This document shows, piece by piece, positions 16,331 through 31,197 of a DNA stretch of 64,000 nt. Source of the stretch: Octopus vulgaris (taxonomy: Eukaryota); NCBI GenBank assembly GCA_951406725.2, contig OX597821.1, positions 18,166,001 through 18,230,000 of the forward strand. The letters run 5' to 3'. How positions within the stretch are numbered: position 1 is the first letter of the stretch; each line of letters opens with the position of its first letter. A program made the translations under genes and the position numbers. The notes beneath the pieces are model-generated. The model saw only the letters and a list, made by a program, of their open reading frames with translations, was not told where the DNA came from and ran no database searches.

Positions 16331-16720
16331 ATGTCAAGTAACTCTAAGATTAAATATTCTATATACCAGTGTATAATCAGTACTCGTAATAAAGTACGAT
16401 TTTACATTGGAAGCACATCGTTAGAGTTACCTAAGAGAATTTCTATCCATTACTCAACATTTAGGGATAGAAATAAACGGAATAGTACCGGTCTCAGCAA
16501 ACTGATTTGGGATTTAAAAGACCACAATGAACTATTTCATTTAGAATGGTTGATCCTCTCAATTTCGATACCATATGACAAAGGCAAGAAATTCTGTCTT
16601 CTCTGCAATTCTGAGCTATTTTTCATTATTTTTTCTAAAAATACTCTAGTAAACACGGTTATAGAACGAGCATACAGATGTAAGCATTGGCAGAAACATA
16701 CTTTTAGTGCATATAAGTAG
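16331..16720 (+). pseudogene. GIY-YIG endonuclease C-terminus in the inverted pseudo-LTR copy
   Basis: SIYQC..FYIGST..RISIH..C.LC..E..C.H; duplicates the minus-strand ORF end. Confidence 0.85.
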
Positions 16721-16920
16721 TCTCTGTCATTATATATAGTTTAGACTTTAATTTCCTTTATATTTAACATTCACTATTAATATCCCTACTCTTTCTGTTA
16801 GCTACTTATGACGTTGTATCATATAACGTTTTTTTAAACAATATTAATAGCGTTCTGTCTATCGCTTTACGAATCCATCATTTTTTGCTAAAATGTCGTA
16901 TTGACAAGTTTCGTTTTTTC

Positions 16921-17007
16921 ACTTTCCCGAAGAGAAGATTGAATTGTTTATACCTTTTATTCTTTTGAATAAGTATCAGTGGAATTTTTGAAACATATGT
17001 AGAAAGT
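16921..17007 (+). ncRNA. Type I hammerhead ribozyme motif, U4C core variant
   Basis: Perfect 6-bp helix I ACTTTC/GAAAGT; core CCGAAGA...GAAA; extended helix II; palindromic helix III AC-ATAT-GT; GUA cleavage triplet. Confidence 0.75.
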
Positions 17008-17049
17008 AAAAATACTTGTTTAAACCTGCGTTAACTCCATTTTTTATTC

Positions 17050-17136
<87 letters not shown>

Positions 17137-17138
<2 letters not shown>

Positions 17139-17300
17139 CGCAGGAGTGGCTGTGTGGTAAGTAGCTTGCTAACCAACCACATGGTTCCGGGTTCAGTCCC
17201 ACTGCGTGGCATCTTGGGCAAGTGTCTTCTGCTATAGTCCCGGGCCGACCAATGCCTTGTGAGTGGATTTGGTAGACGGAAACTGAAAGAAGCCTGTCGT
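17137..17300 (+). mobile_element. tRNA-derived SINE, 5' half
   Basis: Box A TGGCTGTGTGG and box B GGTTCAGTCCC; same family as 44417-44829. Confidence 0.8.
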
Positions 17301-17749
17301 ATATATGTATGTATATATATATATATATGTACGTATATATACATATATATATATATATTGAGAGGGAAAGAGTCACGTGTCTTCTATACGGAGAATCTCT
17401 GGATCTCATGTGCGGATTATATGTGTGTGTGTGTGTGTGTGTGTGTACATATACACGCACACACAGACAAATTATCTATATATTCAATATATTGAGTTCT
17501 TCATTTTCACATATGAGACTTGTCTGTCACATGTGACAAGTTCCTATTTAAGATTCTGCGCATTTCTCTATGAAGAATCTTTAAATTCAGCTTCTGATAT
17601 ATAGATATGCATTATCTGATACAGCGTTCAATATATTCAAGAAACACTTCATGGACCATGGCTCAATACAGCCTCTTCTTTTCAACTAATAATATATCAC
17701 CACCATCAAATAATCATTATACCACAAGACTGTAAGAAAATACAGAAAA

Positions 17750-18230
17750 CCTCTGTTGATGTATACTATAAAAACCATGCTTCGATGATTCTGTAGAAGT
17801 GAGCACGGATATTATACACCTCGGTAAAGAATGGGTCGATAATGAGCAAGGATCAAAAACTTTAAAAGAATGTAAGTCATCTAATTCTTTTAATAATAAG
17901 CTCAAAATTGGTATTAAAAAATCTATAAAATTAAAAAAACCAAAGATCTGATGTACTATGATAAAGCTTATAACTTTTAAACGGTAGACAATAAAGTATA
18001 ATCACAACTACTCGATAATAACATAAATAATAACTCTATGAAAACCCGTCTAAAGACTTATTATTTTACTCAAGTGGCGAGAGACATAAGAGTAAAACTT
18101 AAGATCGCTGGCGGTCTAGAGGCCCCACTTAAATATTAAGCGTTCATAATGAGAAATGACCGTAAAAATAACTTCTAACTCTTAAATATAGATTGAGGGA
18201 CCCGGTTAACTCTGAGATTTGAGTGTTTTG
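17750..18230 (+). pseudogene. Highly degenerate Penelope N-terminal/RT fragment
   Basis: Translates with stops to DKAYNF..LLDNNI..AFIMRNDRKNNF..YRLRDPVNSEI, resembling the PLE motif DKTTNFY..AFITLKDHK.NF..RLINP.KSEIG. Confidence 0.55.
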
Positions 18231-18389
18231 CGAGATGGTTTTTAGGAGGATTGTTATATCTACATCTGTTGGGAAACTAATAGACAGACAGACAGACAAA
18301 CACAAACTGACAGACAGAAAGACATAATTAACTTATACTCCTATATTTTCTTTTACCCAGTCAGGAACTTTTCAGCACCCCCTTGTAGA

Positions 18390-19252
<863 letters not shown>

Positions 19253-19402
19253 CTTTTTATTGTAGCCACACAGGGCTAAACACAGAATAAAAATGGACGA
19301 AATACAATGTAGATTTTTTTCTTTTCGAGGTGGGATGGGTGGGGCACAAAAAAACAACGTTTGATCAATAGGGATCTGTGGGTTGTGTGGTGTATAAAAA
19401 AG

Positions 19403-19461
<59 letters not shown>

Positions 19462-19577
19462 TCACAGTTTAGGTGTAGCCTTGGAAAGAAAAACCTACAA
19501 AAAAGACCAAGATCACCTCAGACAATTCGAAAAAGAACACATGAGTAAGTCGCCTTACTTCTCGTTGTCTCTTTTGG

Positions 19578-22500
19578 TTACAGATTTATGCTTAAAATAG
19601 TGTCGTCTTTCATACTGACCATTTTTGCCACTTTTACCCACTTTTTATTAAAACATTCGTTCGACAAAGCCTTCCTCTCTATTCTCATCCTCCTTTTCAA
19701 ATGGTACTTGAAAAAGTTGACGAGAGACTGACCAGAGAGGAAGGTGTTTGTTTGCAGTCCTTTCAAACGCGTCCACCACACACATTCTTTCGCCATAGCC
19801 ATCAGCGTAACGAAAACCGTTTTCCCTTCCCGTTTAAAGGAAGGTGGTGGAACAATATTCACGATAGACTCGGCCGATAGGCGAGCCCGACCTACACGTG
19901 ACAACAGCTGTTCGACGAAGGACCACAGCTCTGAAATATCTGGACACTGCACGAGTGCGTGCAGAACGGTTTCGTCGCTCTGACCGCATCTCGGGCAGGT
20001 CGGTCCGGTGATGGTTTTCGAACCGTGTCTGTAGCTCTTCTCTCGAACAGGTAGTGCGTCTCGATAGCACTGCCAAGCCAGGGATTTCTGGAAGTTATCC
20101 ATAGGCCCCGGCCCGAACGTCGTCCTGAACAGGCAGGTTAGGAATTTCTCGTCGACGCCCAGGTTTGCCCCGAGTGTGTCGTCGGACCTCCCCTCCACTA
20201 GTCCTCTATAGAACGCTTTAGTCGTTTGTAAGTTGCACAAGTTTGACCCCGGTCGGCAGAGCTGCTGTAGAGCTTGGCGATACTCTCAGTACTAATCGCC
20301 CAGTTTCGGTCTCTTTTTGATCCACGTTTGCAGTTCGGTCAGTGAGACGAGCTGCGGGAAATCGCGCCTCACAAACGGCGCCCACACCTGTTCACCGTCG
20401 TCGATGAAGTTCCAGAGATGTCGCAGTCTCAGCGCATGCCTGCGCATCATCAACCACGGCATGCCCAGTCCTCCATTCAACGGATGTTGACAGCAAATGG
20501 ACTTCCTCACCATCGGAACGCCACCCTTCCACAGGAAGCGGAAGAGTATGCGTTCCAGTTTGGTGATGGTGGCGTCGGGACAAGGTACGACGGTCAGGCC
20601 GTAATCGATGACGGATGCGATGTACGCGTTCGTCACCTCCACCCGGCCTTTTAGAGACAGCTTTCTCTCGGCCCACGTTTGGCTGAGAGCGACCACTCTA
20701 CTCGTGATCTCGTCTCAGTTCTTATCCATTTGGAGGTCCGGACTGAACCAGACCCCGAGCAATTTAACCGGTCCGTCCGTCCAGCGTCCCACTACTGAGC
20801 CGCACTCGGACGGCATGGGCTTGCTTCTCCAGGTGCCGAGTAGCAAACCCAATGACTTTTCCGGGTTAATCTTTGCTCCCGTCACCGTTTCGTATTTTCT
20901 TAGTGTCTCGCCTATCATCTTGATGTGTTTGTCGCTCGACACTATGACGGTGACATCGTCCGCATATGCCGACACGCTCGTCCCGCAACCCGGTTCCCGT
21001 GGGATGCCCCTCAGTGTCGCCAGCTTCCGCAGTAGCGGCTCGAGAGTCAATACATACAGAAGCGCCGACAGGGGACACCCCTGACGGACCGAACGCGTGA
21101 TGTCAAACGGTTTCGACAGGTGACCGTTCACCCGAATCACCGATCGGATGCCGCTATACAAGGCAGCGATCCAACCGCGGAAGACGGGACCGAAGCCAGC
21201 CTGAGGACGGCCGCCAAGTACCGATGGTCGATCCTATCGAAGGCTTTAGACTGATCCAAATTTATCAGCGCTCCACCCATGCCAAGATCCTTAACTACCA
21301 TGTCCACAATGTAGCGCATCAGATGGAGGTTGTCATGTATGGTTCTGCCCGGCACGGCGCATGTTTGCGCCCTGCGTTGAGCAGAGTGATGGGCCTGAAA
21401 TTATCTATAAAATTCCCCTTGTTTGGGTCTTTCTTCAGCAACGTCACTGCACCTCGGCTCACGAAACCGGGGATTCTCCTGTTTTGTTGCCAGTTGCAGT
21501 AGACTGATGCCAAGAGGTCGCCAAACAAGTCTGGCATTTGACAATACAGCTCGTAGGGTAAACCATCCAATCCAGGCGACTTATCCCTCGCGCAGCCCGC
21601 CATCGCATCCCACACGTCAGCGGCTGTGATGGGACTTTCACAACACTCCGCTTCTCTTGCCGAGAGCCGCAGCAGGTCGGTCAGGTAGGCACTGAAATCC
21701 ATCCCGCGTTCCGACCCATCACTCACACCAAACAGTCGAGCAAAGTGCTGTTGAAAGGCCTCACACATCCTTTCGGGTTCGAGTAAACTGCATCCCTGTT
21801 GATCTATTAGAGACCGAATGGTGGCTCTGTTGCCACGCTGCGCCTCCGCTACCCGGGCCTCTCGCGCAGCTTCGATCCCTTCGTTCCTTAAGGCACGCAT
21901 TTTAGCTCTGACGACGCAACCTTCGTGCTTGGCATTGAGGTGTTGGACGAGGGCCATCCTCGCAGCCAGCACGTTGGTTGCGCTGCCAGTGGTAAGTGCC
22001 TCTTCTAGTTTCTTAACCAAGTCTCCCTCTACTCTATTTCGTTCTATCGCTAATTCCTTGCTAAACCTAATTGATTCCGATTTTATTGCCATTTTCAGGG
22101 CGTACCACCCGCGGTTGTTAACGACGGCTCCCGTCAGCGCCCTCTTAATTAACTCGCTAATCCGGTTCCTGTAAACCTGTCGCGCTAACAGCGACGTGTT
22201 CAGTTTCCAGTAACCGGGACCCTGCCTATGTGTTTTATCTAAGTCGAGCGTACACGTAACAAATTTGTGATCTGTGTAGCTGACTATTTTAAATTGTGGA
22301 CATCCTACACTATCCCTATCCGCTGTCCTGCATAGAATTCTATCTAGATAAGATCTCGACGATCCGACGCGGTTTGTCCAAGTCCACGTTGGCACGTTCG
22401 GATGGTCGAGTCGGAACCTGTCAGACAAATGGAAACGTCTGAGCAGGTCTTTGAGGCTCTTACACCCCCTTCTATTCCTATCCCTTCCCACATAATCTAG

Positions 22501-22956
22501 ATGCGTGTCCAAGGTAGCGTTCCAATCCCCTACTAACAGTAAAGGTCTAGACGTACCCAGGAAAACCTCTAGACGTCTGAAGAAATCCGCCCGACCCGTT
22601 AAGGACGGTGCATAAACTGCCATCAGACGGAATGCACACCCATTTCTGCCATCCACGTCCAAGACAACCAGCCTACCCTCCGGGTCTAGGAATATTGCTC
22701 TTACTTTTACATTTAGACTCTTTCGAAAAAGCACCGCGGTACCTCCACCACCCATGTTCGGTAGACAGGGAGAAAAATAAATGTCAAATTGATTACCAAA
22801 CATGGACTCGAGGCCCCGCGGCTTACTGAGTCTGGTTTCACTGATAGCTACTATATCCACGTTCAGTGACTTGATGTCGTTTAGAAGGTAACCTTGCTTC
22901 CAAGCCGACGCCAAGCCACGCGCATTCACACAACCTAATTTAAGCATACTTGACAT
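19578..22956 (-). pseudogene. Tx1-like ORF2 (APE endonuclease, RT, C-terminal zinc finger), several frameshifts
   Basis: NARGL, SET, VYAP, GDWN, SYLDR, TDH, GPGYWKLN, KSPGLDGL, FRPITLLN, LDQSKAFDR, VRQGCPLS, AYADD, CPRC..ET..H...C. Confidence 0.92.
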
Positions 22957-23013
22957 TTACGAAAATTGTGTTTTACACACTACATTAGAAGAGACAAGAG
23001 GCAAGAGGGGAGG

Positions 23014-23979
23014 TCACTCACTCATTTTAAAAGTTTCATTTTTTTCTTCTTCTTTTGTATTGTTTTTGATGAGGTGTTTGTATAGTTTTTTCGACAGGTA
23101 TCGTTGAAACCCGCCTACCGCATTCGGAAATATTGTTTTCAGTATGTGGTGTTGTGCTTGTGTTATATGTAAAATTCTGATGTGTTTCGGTGGTGTGGTG
23201 TGCGGATGATTGTTTGTCTTAAAGTCATCTTCACAGATGTCCGTGTTGGCTGTGATGTAGTCCATTAATTCTTTATTGTCTGTGTCTATTGCAGTTAGTT
23301 GTGTGTGTGGTTTTACGGGTTCATTGCTTTTTTGATTGTCTAGGGGGATGTTGTCCGGAGTTAGATATCTCCCTGCTTTACTTCCTTGTTTGGTGGATTT
23401 TTTGGATCTTTTCCTTTTACCCCCTGTGGATATTTGCCATTCCGTCGAACTTTCGTCGTCCGATGTATCAGTATGGGGTAGAGGCAAAGAATGATATCAT
23501 CATTTTCCAAAGACTCAGTAGAGTGAGCTTTTGCCACTTCCTGGTTAGGGAAGCGGACCACTACTGTGTTAAACTGGGGACCCCAGTTTATGTATTCTTT
23601 TTTTTTTCATTATGTTTTTTAAGCATTTTTCTACATCCGTTTTTGTAATCTGTTCATTTAGTTTTTTGTTTTTTCTTATAATTTTATAAATAATTGTCTT
23701 ATTTTCTATTTCTTGCTTTTTGTGTTGAGGTGTATGTAGCACTAAATCTTGCCCTCTGGTTGTAAAGAGAGATCTTGTTTCTAAAAGTTCTTCGTTCGTG
23801 AAATGTATAATCTGTTTCTTCTGACGCAGAGTGTCAGCGAAATTTGTTGGTGCTGTTAATTCTGTTATATTAACATCTTCACTATTAGATAGTTCATTTT
23901 TATTGTTGTTCTTGTTGTTGCTGTTGTTTTTGTCAATAGTTTTCGTGTGAGTTTTATTTTTATCATTTATGTTGGTCGT

Positions 23980-24010
<31 letters not shown>

Positions 24011-24120
24011 GTGGTGGTGGTAGCAGTAGTAGTCTCGTGGTTGCTGTTGTTAGTGGTGGTGGTGGTGGTGACAGGGCTGTTACCGCACGTGGTTGCAGCG
24101 TTCATTCCAACGTTATTCAT
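23014..24120 (-). pseudogene. Tx1-like ORF1 remnant (frameshifted; Thr/Asn-rich N-terminus)
   Basis: Consecutive minus-strand ORF pieces directly upstream of ORF2; identity is inferred from position. Confidence 0.6.
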
Positions 24121-25562
24121 GTTTGCACTTTGCGTGCATGAGTTCTTTTTTTTCTTCTCCTAGCGTTTCCAAACTAGGAAAATGCTGGTCCATAAAGGAA
24201 CGCGACCAGCGTTCTACAATAAAATTTCTCGACATTTTCTAATGTCGATAGATAGACAGATAAATTAGGGCATCGCCTCCGTTAGTCAATGATGGCCATG
24301 CATCTGCATAGGTTTGTACAGGCCTTGGTAGCATTTTTGAGGAAAGATTAACAGTTGTCCGTGTATACAATTCTCCCATCCCTCTACGCTACCGATGTTT
24401 ATCTAATAGAAAGGCCACCGAGTTGGGCTGATGTAGTTTGACACCACTTATGCTTAAACAGAAACATATAATTATGATTAAATGTAAACAAAGCAAAGAG
24501 CTCTTGGTGTATGATTATGAAAGTATAATTAAACATAATGGCTATCTTCAGAATGTGACAGTTGGTAAATGTAAATTTTCGTAAAGGCTTTATTCCTTGT
24601 GCTCAAGAATGGACAGACAATATTCTTCATGTAAAACAGTGATAAACCTAAGCAGCTAATAAAATGAGCTTTTCTGATTTTTTTCCAACATTTTTGCAAC
24701 ATTTCTAATAGCACAGGCAAAATCCATTCCCCTGGCAGCACTTGATTCAACGCTTAGTGTTGATCAACAAGTCAGATTGAAACAATTTACTGATTGCCTG
24801 CTGCTGTCACACATTGTTTTGCATTATGTTTCATTTAATTATTTTCACTTCTGCATCTTGGGCGCGATCCTTCGTAAATATGTTTAAAATTAGATTTGAA
24901 TTTGCACAACTATTACCACTATTGCTGTTTTACAGATTCCCCACGATAAGTTACCTCGGATCAACACTTATTTGCGAGTACATAGTTACAAACTTGAACA
25001 TGGCATTATTTATCTTCTACCTAAGCTGCTTGAACTGATTTTGCCAATCTTTTATAGTCCGCCATCATTAGTGCTTCATTTTCTCACTATAACAGACTGT
25101 TAATAAGGTAACGTTTAAGATTTTTAACCGAACTAAAGCACGTAATATGCTGATACCAATAAGTAGGAATTTTTTTAACCAAATAAACATAACAAACCCG
25201 ACGTAAAGTCTTTTAACCTTCTTTTTTTCAACGCATTAAGCGGCGTCATTCTCAAGTCAAAATCTGCAACAGGAAAAAGGAAAGAAATTCGTTTTCAAAA
25301 AATAAAACCCTCATATTCACATGCTGTAGATATTTTGATTTAATTTAGTTATAAAGAAAAAAATTCTTTATTAATGGCAAACAAATATTTCTTTAATATA
25401 ACAAGTCTACTGAGAGACATTATCAAAAAAGCGTGTTTGGCTTTTGTATATTTTCATAAGCTAGTCTAAACTTATTTAACTTAATCTAACCGAACCAACC
25501 ATTATGATAGGTTTGGTTATATTAATTAATTGTTGAAAATATACAAAATATTTATCTTACAA

Positions 25563-25900
<338 letters not shown>

Positions 25901-26329
25901 AGTAAGCGTTATCTGAACGTATTGTATGCCAAATGTATGATTGCGCAGTATTTGAGTGTATGTAAAACAAAAACAAATAATATTTTTTTTAGATTTCAAG
26001 AAAAAGGCATACCTAATGGTATTCAGTGAATTCTATGTTTGAATTAAGTTACATGATTTTTTTTCTTTCTATAGCTATAGTAACACCAGCGTACAGAGTT
26101 GTATATCCAAAAGATGACTACTGACTGTTGACTGTTCATAAGATTAAATTGTTCCATGACTCATGCATCCCAACTCAAAAATTGCTCATTCCTTCTTTTA
26201 CGCTCATAACTAAAATATTTCGTTCACAAGAAAAGAAAACAATTAAGAAACGACTACGAATACACAATGTTTCGTTTTGTAACTAAAAAACTAAAAAAAA
26301 AAAATTTAAATTAAACGAGCCAGAACTAG

Positions 26330-26540
26330 TACAATTGTTAGAGCATCGAATATAATACCTAGTGATATTTCTTCCGACTCTTTACGCCTGAGTTCAAATT
26401 CCACCAAAATCAACTTTGCCTTTCATCAATTGGGAGTCGATAAAATAAGTACCAGTTAAGCACTGGGGTCGATGTAATCGATTTATCTCCTCCGTCGAGA
26501 TTGCTGGCCCTGTGCCAAAATTTGAAACCACTATTATTAT
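26330..26540 (+). mobile_element. tRNA-derived SINE with Meta/MESC-like centre, tail type 2 (degenerate)
   Basis: GAGTTCAAATTCC, GCCTTTCATC..GTCGATAAAATAAGTACCAG; tail GGCCCTGTGCCAAAATTTGAAACC(ATT)n. Confidence 0.7.
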
Positions 26541-26552
26541 TGTTATTGTCAT

Positions 26553-26599
<47 letters not shown>

Positions 26600-26930
26600 T
26601 GCTGTCACTGGTATTCCGCACCCTAAGAACTGGTGTGAACACCATCCAGAGCCAGTCACTGAGGGAGAGAATGTTACCATCCTATGGGATTATGGAATGC
26701 ATACAGACAGGCAAATAAATAACAGACATTGTCTTCAAACACGTAAAAATAAAACATACCTGTTAATTGACATGACAGTACCTACTGATATAAACATCTC
26801 AGCAAAGGTATTTGAAAAACCGTCTAAATATAAGGACCTTGAGATTAAAATATCTAGGACGTGTCAATTAAAAACCAAAACCATCTCTGTAGTTGCAGGT
26901 GCCCTAGGAATGATCAAGAAAGGTGCGCGC
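26600..26930 (+). pseudogene. R4/Dong-like LINE 3' fragment (restriction-like endonuclease)
   Basis: LLIDMTVPTDINIS.K..EK..KYKDLEI.I...VVAGALG; preceded by (TAG)n. Confidence 0.75.
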
Positions 26931-27199
26931 GTCCAGAAACAACGTGCGATTGTCATGGTAACAAGCTGTTAATTCTTTACCCAAATTTTCATATTCCAAA
27001 TAACATCAGATTCTTAATTTACGAGATAACGTAAATACCTGAGAATAATCAAAATTCAGAACTTCATCGATACACCAAAGTTGAAAACAATCTGAGCAAA
27101 ATTAAAAGGGGGTTGATTTTATGAGTGAAAGATCCAAATGCCTATAACAGTCCATTTTTGTCAATTTATTTCTTCGTGTTTTGTATACATATTATCTCG

Positions 27200-29670
27200 T
27201 ACTTCTTTTGTGCACTCATCATGAACCGGTAACAAATACTGCAAGCTGCTCGCGCGAGAATGAGGCTCTACAGGCAGAGGATAAGGAAAGAGCAAAGGCA
27301 GGAAATCCTAGAGAGAGACAGGCAACGCCAGCAGCTGAGACGAGCGTCAATGGAAGGTGAACAACGCGAGGAACAGCTGCAGCAAGATAGGAGGAGACAA
27401 CAAATAAGACGAGAAACATAATGAGAAACATCGTGCACAGTAGCACAGGCAGCAGAGAAACGTATCTCAGCAAAGGAGAAAAAATATGAATGAGAAACAG
27501 CGTGCATAGTACCACGAGCAGCAGAGAAACTTATTTCCGCAAAGAATAGAAAACATGAATCAACATGACAGGGTTATTTTTAGCAAAACCAAAGGGGGAA
27601 GATATCGAGAAAGAGTTCAAAATATGAATGCTGGTGAAATTGACAATTTAAGGAGGTATCAGATGCAGCGACAGCGTGTGAGAAGACATAGACTAGTGCT
27701 GAACAGAGCTATTGGTAATGAATTTGAACAATTCAGGAGAAACGAACATTATATGCGAATACTGTGGTGAAAATAACAGTTGTTGCCACATGGAAAAGTG
27801 AACGTGCTTGCATTGCAACCATATCCAAAGACACTAAAAATTTATTTAAGGAAAACGATCGAGTCCATTTCATTCCGTAGAAATATCAGAAATTACAATT
27901 GTACCTTCTCCTCTGCGTCATTTGAAGTCAAAGTGGCAGCACCTCCAGGAAGGGGTCCGTATTGCTTCCGCCAAGCTTACCACACGACGACAAACCTGCA
28001 TCCAAGGTGAATAGCAAGTTAGGGTCACTTTGAGCTAGCTTTATTCTGGGGATGAGGACACGTCTGCCAATTAGTGAGCCACTAATTACGGAAGCCTCGA
28101 TTGAATGTTGATGCATGGCCGCCACTTCCAATCTTGTACCATTGCAGAGTCCATTCTGGATAGAAATGTTACGAAGAATCATTACTACTGGGCCGGGTTT
28201 TAAACTCAGTTTACTAGGAGGCATTCCTGATGATGTCAAAGAGTTTAGAAATTCAAGTGGATAGCGCTCAGCCTCAGTAGTCAAAACTTTATCTGTACTC
28301 AGGAGGCAGTCTCAGATAAAGAACTACTCTGCTTCCCCTCTCTTCCTCAGATGTATTATTGAAGATATCATCCACCAAAGAGCCGTCAACGCACGAAATT
28401 TGAGGCACTTCTATGTCATCAACAGCAAGATTAGGATCTTGTGGAGATGAATATGTTCCATTTTCAAGATGCCAGAGTCATGCTGCAAATTTCCTTTGAT
28501 CTGCTCTGATCCTGATGTTTTGGCTTAATGAATGAAATTCGGTTATAGAGGAGAATTTTTAATACAGATTTCAATAATTGCCTCTCGAGTTCCTCTTGAC
28601 AATATGAGTAAAACTTGCCTAAAGTATTCCCCCAAGAGCACAACTTTACCACCAAAAACAGCAGCAATGCCAGTGATATCTCGCAAGGCTTTGTCAATAG
28701 CATGAAGAATAAATGAAGGCATCATAGAAGCCTCATCCAAGATGATCGAATCCAGGTTTCGTAAATGATTTGCATGGTCTGAAGTTGCTGGTACATTACA
28801 AACACTGGCCTCTGTGAGTGGGACAGGAAACTTGAACAAAATATGAATAGTCTTTCCACCTGCCAATAGTGTAGAGGCAAGGCTTGTCCAAGCACCACTG
28901 CACACGTTGAAGTTGTTCCTTCGCAGATAAGTAATTATGGTATTAAACATATAAGTTTTACCACAACCTCCTGGAGCATCTACATAGAAACAGGAGTGGT
29001 TGGGCAATTCATCTCTCCTCTTTTTATCTACAGATTCAAGCACAGCATTAGCAACCAATCTCTTTTCATCAGTAAGTGTTGCAATGCCTGGGTGATCGAT
29101 GTCTATACGATGGTCAAGCTGCAGTACTCCAATAGGTTCAGGCAGCCCAATTGCTAAACAATTAAAGCCATTCTCTATCAGGATTGCATCAACTGAGTGC
29201 ATTGCCATGTTTTCTGCGTGTTCTGCATTAAAACCTTGGTGCAAGATGTACTGCAAGTCTCTAGACAGTGTGAGATGCGTCATCTAGCTTGAATTCTGAC
29301 AGTCGCCACATAGCTTCCGGAGAAGAAACATATCGACAAGCAAGACACTTAGCAATTTCATCGTGAGCTTGATTCTGCTCACGATCTGCCGCCGCTGAGT
29401 CGTCTTTTACTTCAACAGAAGCACCTTGGAGAGAACTCAGTTTCTTGTCCATTTGTCATATGCCATGACTATTAGTAAGTCACAGAGGCAGACATTTAAG
29501 AAGGTGGGATTGTTCCTACCTCAGCCAGTGTTCAGTCACGGGCAGTTGTATGTGGCATACTCTAGAGCTCGCAGATGTAAGGGTTAAGGTGATGCAGACA
29601 GACAGACAAGGAAGGAGAAGAGAGCGAACTGTTACCAAGAACATTGTCTACCGAGAGGTACTGCCTTGAA
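27200..29670. mobile_element. Autonomous Helitron RepHel relic with internal inversion (28001-29430) and deletions
   Basis: Plus strand: NIRNYN..SFE..PGRGPYCFR (N-terminal part) and [32 protein letters not shown] (PIF1 C-terminus). Minus strand: RYVSSPEAMWRL, DAPGGCGKT, LDEASM, LRN..GLCNGTRL. Confidence 0.9.
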
Positions 29671-29749
29671 GGAGTGGAGTGTTTTCAGAAATATTCTGGA
29701 GACCCTTGATTGCATTAGGTATGTGTCGTTGGTTTATATGCACACACAC

Positions 29750-29818
<69 letters not shown>

Positions 29819-30828
29819 GAAAAATTAAATGAATATCTTTCAAAAGAGGAAACTATAAAGTGGTATGTAATATATAGTTTTGTAGATATATATATTTATT
29901 GTTTTCTGTTTTCATATCGGAGGAAACATGCATGGCTCTATGTTGGGAGTGGGGAGTATCGTGGACTGATTGGCATTGGCAATCTTTGCACACATGGTAG
30001 ACACTCCCAAGTATCTCTAAATATTGTTTATTTTACCAGCCTATGAGTATTGTATGTTAAAAAATAATCGAATTAATAGCTAAATTTTATGTGTTTGTAA
30101 ATAGAACTGTTTTAGTACTTGCTGCCTAAGTATTTCAACCACTAGAGTAGTTGAATATATTCTTAAGTCCACCATTTCGTCAGTCGCAGCCGCTTCCAAG
30201 TTTCACCACTAATTCAGTTCTCAACTAAATTGCAAACTGTTAACAATTTTAAAGAGGACACCTCCTCGGCTACACTTTGGCATAAATAGTTTGAGACTTG
30301 GTTCAGTAGAAATAAAGTTACATCAAAAACCTGCGACCTCAAGGGAGACAGTAAGGCACCTATTTACCGTCAATTAGCATAAAATTTTTAATTTTAAATT
30401 AAAAGTATACCTTTCTTATGCTTAAATGATAGAAAAACGTCCTTCAAAACCATATCTAAACTGTCCTATTTTCTGCTTTTCCACTATGGCTCTTTTCTCT
30501 AGTCTCCATGTTTTCTGCAGCAACAATGATTGCTGACTTGGCTAGATTATTTGTTTTCGTGATGTTTTATGTTCTGGTGTATTTCAGAATTCCATTCACT
30601 TTTTTTGTTTCTTGGGTCAGTTTCTATCGGTCAAACCTTTTAAGGTTGCAAATAATGTCACTATTGTCTTGTAACCTTGCCTTTATTCTAGCGTTTTTGC
30701 TTTCTACTCATCTTAATTTCATTGCCTACACTTCCAATCAGTTAAGCTCAGAAGTCATCAGAGCCACTTCTTGGTACTACATCAGAGCATTAATTATTGT
30801 TGTTGTTGTTGTTGCTATGTTGTGTTAA

Positions 30829-31032
30829 GGCGGCGAGCTGGCAAAATTGTTAGCACGCTGGACAACATACTTAACAATATTTCGCCCGTCGCTACATTCA
30901 AATTCCACTGAGGTTGACTTTGCCTTTTGCCCTTTCGGGGTCGTAAAGTAAGTACCAGTGAAAAACTGGATTCGATATAATCGATTAGTTTCATCCTTCC
31001 AAATTTCAGGCCTTGTGCTTTTAGTAGAAAGG

Positions 31033-31033
<1 letters not shown>
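30829..31033 (+). mobile_element. Meta/MESC-like SINE, tail type 2
   Basis: Head GGCGGCGAGCTGGC, core GCCTTT..CCTTTCGGGGTCG, tail GGCCTTGTGC..GAAAGG(ATT)n. Confidence 0.75.
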
Positions 31034-31114
<81 letters not shown>

Positions 31115-31126
31115 TTATTATTATTA

Positions 31127-31190
<64 letters not shown>

Positions 31191-31197
31191 TATTACT

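Noticed and set aside
18350-18388. Isolated mariner-like TIR (TACAAGGGGGTGCTGAAAAGTTCC on the minus strand)
   Set aside because: No partner TIR or transposase nearby; too short to call an element.
24500-25500. Possible decayed DNA-transposon coding region
   Set aside because: No motif could be identified with confidence.
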